Shown here one piece after another: positions 57,286-64,000 of a DNA stretch of 64,000 nucleotides. The position numbers were made by a program, and so were the translations under genes. Location: assembly GCA_037137935.1 (NCBI GenBank), contig JBAXJI010000003.1:3383-67382 (forward strand), read 5' to 3'. Below the pieces are notes generated by a model that saw only the letters and a program-made list of their open reading frames with translations, had not been told where the DNA came from and searched no databases. Origin of the DNA: Candidatus Saccharimonadota bacterium. Its GTDB lineage: Bacteria > Patescibacteriota > Saccharimonadia > Saccharimonadales > AQU-01. The number at the start of each line of letters is the position of its first letter. The first letter of the stretch is position 1.

Positions 57286-58743
57286 ATGAATATAGAACCA
57301 ATAGCAGATATCGGGGTAATGGGGTTGGCCGTTATGGGCCAGAACTTAATATTAAACATGAACGACCACGGGTTTGTTGTGGCTGCCTATAACCGCACGA
57401 CAAGTAAGGTTGACGATTTTATTAACAATGAGGCAAAAGGAACGCAAGTAGTGGGCGCTCATTCTATTGAAGAGCTGGCTAGTATGCTCAAACGACCACG
57501 CCGAGTAATGTTGATGATAAAGGCCGGAGACGCAATAGACGATGCTATTGAGGAACTGCTGCCTCACTTAGAAAAAGGCGATATTATTATTGATGGCGGT
57601 AACACCTTATTTACCGACACTATCCGCCGAGAAAAGTATGTTACTTCTAAGGGCCTACTATATATCGGAACAGGTGTTTCGGGTGGCGAAGAAGGTGCGA
57701 GACGCGGTCCGTCAATTATGCCAGGAGGCTCACCAGAAGCTTGGCCTTACGTTAAAGACATATTTCAGAGTATTGCCGCTAAAGTCGACGATGGTTCGCC
57801 ATGTTGCGAATGGGTTGGCGAGGGTGGAGCCGGGCATTACGTCAAAATGGTCCACAACGGTATCGAATACGGCGATATGCAGTTAATCGGCGAAGCTTAT
57901 CAGCTGATGCGTGATTATTTGGGCATGTCAGCAGGTGAAATGTCAGATATTTTTGCAGAGTGGAACAAGGGCGAACTTGACAGTTATTTGATAGAGATTA
58001 CAAAAGATATTTTGGCTTTTAAAGACGAAGACGGTCAGCCGCTTGTTGATAAGATTTTAGATGTTGCCGGTCAAAAAGGAACAGGTAAGTGGACGGTGGT
58101 TAACTCGGCCGAGCTCGGTCAGCCGGTGACCTTAATTTCTGAGGCAGTTTATGCAAGATGCGTTTCTTCCTTCAAAGATCAGCGCGTAAATGCTAGCAAG
58201 AAATTATTCGGACCATCGACCAAATTTAGTGGCGACAAGGCAGAGTTTATCGAACAGATTCGCCAGGCTTTGTATGCTTCAAAAATGATTAGCTACACGC
58301 AAGGCTATATGTTGATGCGCGCAGCCGCTGAGGAGTACGGCTGGAACTTGAACTACGGCGGAATCGCCTTGATGTGGCGAGGTGGTTGTATTATTCGAAG
58401 CAGATTCCTGAGTAAGATAAAAGATGCCTTTGACCAAGATAAAGATTTGGCTAACCTGCTACTCGACCCATTCTTTATGTCTGCAATCGAACAAAATCAA
58501 CAAAGTTGGCGTAGCGTAATTGCTAGTGCAGTCCAAAGCGGTATCCCTGTGCCAGCTATGAGTTCCGCATTGTCGTTCTTTGATGGCTATCGCACATTAT
58601 CTTTGCCAGCTAATTTGTTGCAGGCTCAACGCGACTATTTTGGTGCTCACACCTATGAACGTATCGACAAACCAGGCGAAGTATTCCACACGAACTGGAC
58701 AGGCCGCGGTGGTACCACGAGTTCTTCTAGTTATAATGTGTAG
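57286..58743 (+). CDS. gnd: 6-phosphogluconate dehydrogenase, decarboxylating
   Basis: Rossmann motif [13 protein letters not shown]. 6PGD signature [20 protein letters not shown]-terminal [12 protein letters not shown]. Confidence 0.93.
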   Translation: MNIEPIADIGVMGLAVMGQNLILNMNDHGFVVAAYNRTTSKVDDFINNEAKGTQVVGAHSIEELASMLKRPRRVMLMIKAGDAIDDAIEELLPHLEKGDIIIDGGNTLFTDTIRREKYVTSKGLLYIGTGVSGGEEGARRGPSIMPGGSPEAWPYVKDIFQSIAAKVDDGSPCCEWVGEGGAGHYVKMVHNGIEYGDMQLIGEAYQLMRDYLGMSAGEMSDIFAEWNKGELDSYLIEITKDILAFKDEDGQPLVDKILDVAGQKGTGKWTVVNSAELGQPVTLISEAVYARCVSSFKDQRVNASKKLFGPSTKFSGDKAEFIEQIRQALYASKMISYTQGYMLMRAAAEEYGWNLNYGGIALMWRGGCIIRSRFLSKIKDAFDQDKDLANLLLDPFFMSAIEQNQQSWRSVIASAVQSGIPVPAMSSALSFFDGYRTLSLPANLLQAQRDYFGAHTYERIDKPGEVFHTNWTGRGGTTSSSSYNV

Positions 58744-58838
58744 GAATATTCTATAAACAGACAAATTATTGGGGATTTTTCGGTAGACTATTGTGCTATT
58801 ATGTAAGTTATAGTACTAATGTTTTACAGTCGATATTT

Positions 58839-60473
58839 ATGAGTAAAGTTGCACACTATTTACAACAACATGTTATTGGCGAGGTTCTAACTACGCCAGA
58901 TATACGACGCTATTTTTCTACAGATGGCAGTGTTCTTGCGTCTTTGCCCAGCGTAGTAATGTATCCGCATAACGAAAACGATGTACGTAAGACCGCCAGA
59001 TTTACATGGCAGCTCGCAGAACGAGGTAGAGTTATCCCTATAACGGCTCGCGGCATGGGCACCGACCAATCTGGAGCAGCCATAGGCACCGGCATCATCA
59101 TGGTCTTCCCGGCTCATATGAACAAAATCCTCGAGCTAGACGGCAAGACTGGTCTTGTCACTGTCGAGCCTGGGCTGAATTACGGCAAACTACAACAGAC
59201 GCTTCATACTCACGGTAGATTCTTGCCTCCTTTTCCTTCGTCTCTTGAGTACAGCACAATTGGCGGGGCTGTTTCAAATAACTCTGGCGGTGAAAAGACG
59301 ATTAAGTATGGCAAGACTAGGGATTTTGTAAAAAAACTTAGGGTAGTGCTAGCAAATGGCGAAGTCATAGAGACGAGACGATTGAGTAAACGAGAGCTCG
59401 ATAAAAAGCTTGGCTTAACAACTCTAGAGGGTGAAATTTACCGTTCATTAGATGCTCTTATTGAAGAAAACAGTCAACTTATAAAGAACTTTCGACTTGA
59501 TGTAAGCAAGAATTCGGCTGGCTACGACATTTTTGATGTGAAGCACAAGGACGGCTCCTTTGACCTTTCCCCGCTTATAATTGGTTCGCAGGGAACTCTA
59601 GGAATCGTTACCGAGACTGTATTGTCGACTGCACCACATAATCCAGACACAACAGTTATTGCAGCCTTATTTGACGATATTCAGGTGGCCGAGCAGGTTA
59701 TACTTGAGCTTCGTAAATTGTCGGAATCACCTAGTGCTATCGAAATGGTGGACGAGGCATTGTTGAATTTTGTCGACCAGCAAAACCCTCATCAGCTTAA
59801 GGGTGTGTTTACTAAGCCTTTTCCTAGAATTGTTTTGTTGATAGAGTTTGATAACTTGAACTCAAGACTACAGAGTAAAATGGTTAAAAAAGCGACAAAG
59901 ATACTTAAGAATAATCAGGTTGTCTACAAAGTTGAAACTGAGGACCTAGCCAAAGAAAAATTATGGAAAATCCGCAACTCATCTGCAATTTTATATAGTC
60001 ATTCAGACGGTGGAGCAAAACCATTGCCAATAATAGAGGATGGTATCGTACCTGTTGAGAAATTTAGCGAATTTCTAGCTGGTATATATTTGCTATTTGA
60101 GAAATATAAACTAGTACCATCAGTTTGGGGTCACGCCGGAGATGCGAACTTGCATGTTCAGCCAATATTAGACCTAGCATTAGTTGGTGACAGGCAGAAG
60201 ATTTTTAAATTGATGGAAGAATATAGCGAGTTAGTCATAGGTTTAGGCGGAAGCACATCAGGTGAGCACGGTGACGGTAGGCTAAGAGCCCCTTATCTCA
60301 AGAAGCTCTATGGCGATGAAATTTATGCTATCTTCCAGAAAATAAAACTGATATTTGATCCTTATAATACAATGAACCCAGGCGTTAAGGTGAATGTGTC
60401 GATTGACGAGATTAAGCCTTTGCTTAGGCAAGAGTTTACAATTAATCATGCTCAGCATCTACCTCACAATTAG
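58839..60473 (+). CDS. FAD-binding oxidoreductase (GlcD / D-lactate dehydrogenase-like)
   Basis: FAD_binding_4 region (PSVVMYPHNENDV, ARGMGTDQSGAAIG, EPGLNYGKLQ). C-terminal FAD-oxidase_C region (SGEHGDGRLR, DPYNTMNPG). The track ORF starts at TTG 58791; ATG 58839 (MSKVAHYLQ) is more plausible. Confidence 0.85.
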   Translation: MSKVAHYLQQHVIGEVLTTPDIRRYFSTDGSVLASLPSVVMYPHNENDVRKTARFTWQLAERGRVIPITARGMGTDQSGAAIGTGIIMVFPAHMNKILELDGKTGLVTVEPGLNYGKLQQTLHTHGRFLPPFPSSLEYSTIGGAVSNNSGGEKTIKYGKTRDFVKKLRVVLANGEVIETRRLSKRELDKKLGLTTLEGEIYRSLDALIEENSQLIKNFRLDVSKNSAGYDIFDVKHKDGSFDLSPLIIGSQGTLGIVTETVLSTAPHNPDTTVIAALFDDIQVAEQVILELRKLSESPSAIEMVDEALLNFVDQQNPHQLKGVFTKPFPRIVLLIEFDNLNSRLQSKMVKKATKILKNNQVVYKVETEDLAKEKLWKIRNSSAILYSHSDGGAKPLPIIEDGIVPVEKFSEFLAGIYLLFEKYKLVPSVWGHAGDANLHVQPILDLALVGDRQKIFKLMEEYSELVIGLGGSTSGEHGDGRLRAPYLKKLYGDEIYAIFQKIKLIFDPYNTMNPGVKVNVSIDEIKPLLRQEFTINHAQHLPHN

Positions 60474-60476
60474 TAT

Positions 60477-60740
60477 ATGAAGGCATATGACTTAATAGGA
60501 TTAATCGGCGCGATATTTCTGCTTTTTGGATTCTATAGAGTTACTATTGGCAAATGGACCAACAAATCACTTTGGTACGAGTTAGATAATGTGATTGGAC
60601 CGGTGCTACTCATAATCTACCAGCTACACCTACGCGCGTATATTAGCGTGGTTCTTAATGCAGTTTGGGCAATTGTCGCATTTAAGGGCATTACTTCCTA
60701 CGCTGAAAGATTTGTTACTGCTCGTAGGTCAAAGCAATAG
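60477..60740 (+). CDS. hypothetical small membrane protein
   Basis: 87 aa with three hydrophobic segments. Starts 4 nt after the upstream stop. Confidence 0.5.
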   Translation: MKAYDLIGLIGAIFLLFGFYRVTIGKWTNKSLWYELDNVIGPVLLIIYQLHLRAYISVVLNAVWAIVAFKGITSYAERFVTARRSKQ

Positions 60741-60809
60741 AGCTTGAGTTTTTGTCTAAAAAATAGTAATATAACAGAGTTATTATGACTGTGGGCGGTT
60801 GCCGACTTA

Positions 60810-60893
60810 GCGCGAGTGGTGGAATGGTAGACACGCTTGTCTGAGGGGCAAGTGCCGCAAGGTGTGGAGGTTCAAGTCCTCTCTCGCGCACCA
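60810..60893 (+). tRNA. tRNA-Leu (anticodon GAG), class II, CCA encoded
   Basis: GCGCGAG-TG-GTGG-AATGGTAGA-CACG-CTTGT-CTGAGGG-GCAAG-variable arm-GGAGG-TTCAAGT-CCTCT-CTCGCGC-A-CCA. The acceptor stem is perfect. Confidence 0.9.
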
Positions 60894-60906
60894 TAGTAAT
60901 AGATTA

Positions 60907-60983
60907 GGGCGCTTAGCTCAGTTGGCTAGAGCATCTCGTTTACACCGAGAGGGTCGGGGGTTCGAGTCCCTCAGCGCCCACCA
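60907..60983 (+). tRNA. tRNA-Val (anticodon TAC), CCA encoded
   Basis: GGGCGCT-TA-GCTC-AGTTGGCTA-GAGC-A-TCTCG-TTTACAC-CGAGA-GGGTC-GGGGG-TTCGAGT-CCCTC-AGCGCCC-A-CCA. Confidence 0.92.
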
Positions 60984-60988
60984 AGAAT

Positions 60989-61015
60989 AAAACCGACCCT
61001 AAAGGTCGGTTTTTT
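60989..61015 (+). terminator. rho-independent terminator after tRNA-Val
   Basis: Stem aaaaccgacc / ggtcggtttt, loop ctaaa, with a T-run. Confidence 0.6.
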
Positions 61016-61154
61016 CATGGCTTGGCGATGAAGCAAATGAACTGCTTCATTTGCGTGGGGCGAAGAACAGTCGGAGCCTTGTGCGCCGGTACTCGGCGCA
61101 CGGCGAGACGGGGTCGACCGCAAAATGCAAGGCATTTTGATGGGTGACTCGAAT

Positions 61155-61173
61155 GTCCCTCAGCGCCCACCAA
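61155..61173 (+). repeat. exact 19-nt copy of the tRNA-Val 3' end (copy 2)
   Basis: gtccctcagcgcccaccaa is identical to 60966-60984. Weaker similarity extends about 12 nt upstream (ctcgaat vs ttcga). Confidence 0.85.
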
Positions 61174-61214
61174 AGAAAAATGCCAGGCTTTATGTCTGGC
61201 ATTTTTCTTTGGTG
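61168..61214. other. perfect 19-bp-stem hairpin
   Basis: caccaaagaaaaatgccag (61168-61186) and ctggcatttttctttggtg (61196-61214) are exact reverse complements, with a 9-nt loop. The left arm starts inside tRNA-Val 3'-end copy 2. Confidence 0.85.
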
Positions 61215-61357
61215 ATTCTGTAGGGTTACGGTCCACCGAATTGACGGCCTTGGCCGGCAATAGTCGGGAGTTCGTGTAGCGAGGCGCAAAAGAAGAAAGC
61301 GGGCCGAAGGCACATATTCTTCTCGGCCGAGCGGATGTAGGGAGCAAAGCGACTGAT

Positions 61358-61376
61358 GTCCCACAGCGCAACCAAA
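61358..61376 (+). repeat. degenerate copy of the tRNA-Val 3' end (copy 3)
   Basis: gtcccacagcgcaaccaaa vs gtccctcagcgcccaccaa, about 16 of 19 with one indel. Followed by the hairpin aaataccagac / gtcaggtattt (61380-61406), which overlaps the stop codon of the minus-strand gene. Confidence 0.6.
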
Positions 61377-61396
61377 TAAAAATACCAGACAATTTG

Positions 61397-63121
61397 TCAG
61401 GTATTTAACTTTTTATACAATACTAGACTGACGGAAGTATTGACTTTAAATTTCTGAATTTCTTGAAGATGGTAGTCTGATGCAGCGGTTTCTCTCATTC
61501 TGAAAAAGGACAGTATATAGTTTATTTTTTCAGGTTCTAACGATAATACACATTTAGTATTATGCAGACCGGCGTTATGCAGCTCTGTGTTGACTACATC
61601 AATAACATAATCATTTATTACAGTATTATTAGTAATCACGCAAAAGATATCTTTATTCTCGTAAGTACTTTGGTTATTTTTGAAGAATTTCACTAAATCA
61701 GGAATAAATTCGAAAGTTATAAATCCTGGCTTGTTCGATCCGACATACTTAGGCCCAAATTGAGCTCCGTCTGTCTCCCCGTAAGGAAAAATTTTAATAT
61801 ATCTATATTGTTCGAATATTGGAATGAATATCAGAGCGGCTATTAGCAAGTTGCTTGAAAATCTTTTAGATAAAATCTTTTTCTCTGGCCATATATATGC
61901 AAAAGGAATGTATAGAAATGGGAAGATCATCAAGGCATACCAAGTCAATAACCACTCAGAAAATGTAAAAATAATTAACTGAATAATCGCAACTATAATT
62001 AGGAGCAAGTAGTCATTAATTAGGGCTTTTAACCTACCAGTCTTGTAAAGTTTTAGGAGTGCAATAGCAAGCAGTGCTCCTGCAAATAAGCCAAATTTTA
62101 CTGCAATTATTATGTATATATCCTTATATGAGTGTATTAAGCCTGTAGATTGGCTGCTCCAAGATTGTAGCCAGTCCCGTATTTCGAATATGTTATTAAT
62201 ATTGAAATATATTGGCGAGAATATGATTGTAGTCACAAGAGCGGTTGTAGTTAATAGAATCCATTTTTCTATAAAATTCTTAGCAGTTTCTTTGCTGTTT
62301 TCATGCAAGTACATATATATACCGGCAATCAAGTATAGAATAGACGCTCCTACCATAAGATAAAATTTAAGCACTGATGGCAGAGGAGCTATGTTAACTT
62401 CTATCCATATTAATAAGAACGAAAAGTTTAGAGTACCTAGCTTTAGACTGCTTCTACTTGAGGATAGCTTCGTGTTGATTATTTCTGCGCGAGTAGCTTT
62501 ATTTTTGTAGTGCATCCAGAGGTCATATATAAATACAGAAACAAGAATTGTGAGTCCAAATAGCTTGGCAGCTATTGAAAGCCCTATAACTATTCCTAAG
62601 ACTGCAGTATTTTTTATACTTAATTTATTGGATATTTTTGCATGGTTTTTGAGGTATAGATATAAAGCTAATGTAGAAAAGAGGATGTACGTATTGTCTG
62701 AACTAGACATATTGAGAATGGAGAAGCTAAAAAGATAGCAGCTAAGACTGGCTAACACCGTGCCATACATTGAACGACTAAATGATAACTTTAATCTTAA
62801 AAGCCTGAAGAATACAAATAAATATATCGAGTTTATTACAATAGACAGTATTCTTGTTGCGAATAGAGCGTTCGTTTTAAAAAGTAAAATAATTGGAATA
62901 CAAATAAGTTGTGAAAAGTGTGATTGGGCAGGACTGTCTGCATGGCTGAAGAAATTCCTGTAGCTAGAAAGATCTAGTTTAATTGTATTGATATCACCTA
63001 GCTCATCTCCTAAATAAGGCAGTTTGTGGGCTGCGTAAATCTTCAGTATTAGAATGTAGGCAGATAGTAGGAGTATTCCATATTTTGCCAGTTTATGTTT
63101 GTTTTGTTTTAGGAAGTGCAT
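61397..63121 (-). CDS. polytopic membrane protein, GT-C glycosyltransferase-like (family 39 / ArnT-PMT type)
   Basis: More than 10 hydrophobic helices. An acidic first-loop motif (AAHKLPYLGDELGD) is typical of ArnT/PMT-type enzymes. Markedly AT-rich codon usage. The track ORF extends to 63229, but ATG 63121 (MHFLKQNKHK) avoids overlap with the divergent gene. Confidence 0.55.
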   Translation of the reverse strand: MHFLKQNKHKLAKYGILLLSAYILILKIYAAHKLPYLGDELGDINTIKLDLSSYRNFFSHADSPAQSHFSQLICIPIILLFKTNALFATRILSIVINSIYLFVFFRLLRLKLSFSRSMYGTVLASLSCYLFSFSILNMSSSDNTYILFSTLALYLYLKNHAKISNKLSIKNTAVLGIVIGLSIAAKLFGLTILVSVFIYDLWMHYKNKATRAEIINTKLSSSRSSLKLGTLNFSFLLIWIEVNIAPLPSVLKFYLMVGASILYLIAGIYMYLHENSKETAKNFIEKWILLTTTALVTTIIFSPIYFNINNIFEIRDWLQSWSSQSTGLIHSYKDIYIIIAVKFGLFAGALLAIALLKLYKTGRLKALINDYLLLIIVAIIQLIIFTFSEWLLTWYALMIFPFLYIPFAYIWPEKKILSKRFSSNLLIAALIFIPIFEQYRYIKIFPYGETDGAQFGPKYVGSNKPGFITFEFIPDLVKFFKNNQSTYENKDIFCVITNNTVINDYVIDVVNTELHNAGLHNTKCVLSLEPEKINYILSFFRMRETAASDYHLQEIQKFKVNTSVSLVLYKKLNT

Positions 63122-63210
63122 AATATGAATATAACATAAGTAGCGAATCATTATTCTGCATATACTTAATTGTTGTAACGAGTATAATGAGCTTATAAAT
63201 AAGGAGCAAT

Positions 63211-63975
63211 ATGGGTACATTAATAACAATTTTGGTGGTTGGATTATTTATTATTCTAGTAAATGGTGTGAGGATTATTAACCAATACGAGCGTGGTGTT
63301 GTTTTTCGCCTTGGTAAGGTACTTCCTAATATCAAACAGCCCGGCCTAAGATTAATTATTCCTATTATCGACCAGATGCGTAAAGTTCCGCTACGTACAA
63401 TTACGCTACCTATCGAGACACAAAAAATTATCACCAAAGACAATGTTTCGATAGATGTTTCGGCTGTTGCTTACTATCAAGTGGCAGATCCTATTAAATC
63501 AATTGTTGAGATCGAGAATGTTGTTTCGGCGACTTATCAGATTGCCCAGACTACCGTGCGTAATGTTGTTGGCCAGTCAACTATGGACAATGTATTGAGC
63601 GAAACTACAGAATTGAACGAAAAAGTTAAGTCTATTTTGGATATAGCTACCGAAAAATGGGGTATATATGTCAGTAATGTTGAGCTAAAGGACATTCAGT
63701 TGCCTGAAAGCATGCAACGAGCTATGGCCAAACAAGCTGAAGCCGAGCGCGAAAAGCGTGCCAAAATTATTGCTGCTGAAGGTGAAGCTCTTAGTGCCGC
63801 TAAGTTAGGTGAAGCCGCCGACATCATTAACGCTCATCCGATTGCGCTACAGCTACGAAACTTACAGGTGTTAAGCGAAATAGCAGTCGAAAAGAACTCG
63901 ACCATCATTTTCCCAAGTCAATTCATGGACACAGTCTCAAGCGTCAAAGACTTCATGGCCAAAGAGACTAAGTAA
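63211..63975 (+). CDS. SPFH/Band 7 (stomatin-like) protein
   Basis: N-terminal TM helix. Motifs [32 protein letters not shown], and the coiled-coil [23 protein letters not shown]. Confidence 0.9.
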   Translation: MGTLITILVVGLFIILVNGVRIINQYERGVVFRLGKVLPNIKQPGLRLIIPIIDQMRKVPLRTITLPIETQKIITKDNVSIDVSAVAYYQVADPIKSIVEIENVVSATYQIAQTTVRNVVGQSTMDNVLSETTELNEKVKSILDIATEKWGIYVSNVELKDIQLPESMQRAMAKQAEAEREKRAKIIAAEGEALSAAKLGEAADIINAHPIALQLRNLQVLSEIAVEKNSTIIFPSQFMDTVSSVKDFMAKETK

Positions 63976-64000
63976 TAGTCAGTCAAAACTAGAGACAAGA

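Noticed and set aside
54528-60893. A 6.3-kb island bounded by the two tRNA-Leu genes, which share identical acceptor and T-arm segments.
   Set aside because: The shared segments are simply the conserved parts of two isoacceptors. The enclosed genes (gnd, IMPase, FAD oxidase) are core metabolism with ordinary composition. Only the first gene (54734-55930) looks foreign.
61015-61392. Minus-strand ORFs of 125 aa and 105 aa covering the GC-rich region after tRNA-Val.
   Set aside because: The two ORFs overlap each other in different frames, are R/P/S/A-rich as expected from random GC-rich sequence, span perfect hairpins and tRNA 3'-end copies, and have no ribosome-binding site. They are treated as non-coding.
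61016-61395. Whether the GC-rich region is a known housekeeping RNA (RNase P RNA, SRP/4.5S RNA, 5S rRNA, 6S RNA).
   Set aside because: - RNase P: the CR-I motif GAGGAAAGUCCGGGC is absent on both strands. The nearest match is agaagaaagcgggcc, in the wrong position.
- SRP: the domain IV motif GGUCCGGAAGGAAGCAGCC is absent on both strands.
- 5S: similarity is limited to a few scattered words.
- 6S cannot be excluded without a covariance model.
It is therefore left as unassigned.

Overview
Calls rest on motif recognition in the supplied translations and on reading the DNA by eye. No database search, RNA-folding program or covariance model was run.

The window is a gene-dense, almost entirely plus-strand chromosomal segment of a small-genome bacterium. 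Only about 5 of about 55 CDS lie on the minus strand. The standard code applies, with TGA used as a stop.

Gene content and protein style point to a Patescibacteria/CPR organism, plausibly Saccharibacteria-like. This is inference only. The supporting traits are short or truncated housekeeping enzymes, many membrane-anchored hypothetical proteins with acidic linkers, a LysM-CHAP hydrolase and an orphan family-5 binding protein.

Core content:
- Glycolysis: pyk-pgk-tpiA.
- DNA repair: pcrA, uvrA, uvrC, sbcB.
- Translation and RNA modification: rsmA, metG, alaS, mnmA, trhO, rplY.
- An F1-type ATP synthase block in the order b-delta-alpha-gamma-beta-epsilon.
- Envelope and secretion: ruvX-mltG, obg, lepB, secG.
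- A gluconokinase-like / IMPase / gnd group.
- One tmRNA and three tRNAs: Leu-CAG, Leu-GAG and Val-UAC.

I found no CRISPR array, integrase, transposase or recognisable defence system. The unusual material sits at the three RNA-gene 3' flanks.
1. The ssrA 3' end is exactly duplicated 415 bp downstream. The two copies bracket a 0.4 kb integrase-less insert. A two-gene module follows, including a protein with three near-identical 73-aa HTH-like repeats.
2. tRNA-Leu(CAG) is followed by inverted and direct scraps of its own T-arm.
3. tRNA-Val is followed by a 0.4 kb GC-rich (57-70% in sampled blocks), hairpin-dense, apparently non-coding array. It holds two further copies of the tRNA-Val 3' end, each with its own terminator-like hairpin. 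This is my best candidate for something undescribed, but I cannot assign it a function.

Secondary oddities:
- The ATP synthase block has no adjacent a or c subunit genes, and its epsilon subunit is truncated.
- An in-frame duplicated perfect palindrome lies inside uvrC.
- The LysM-CHAP gene has a real-looking N-terminus that lacks any canonical start codon.
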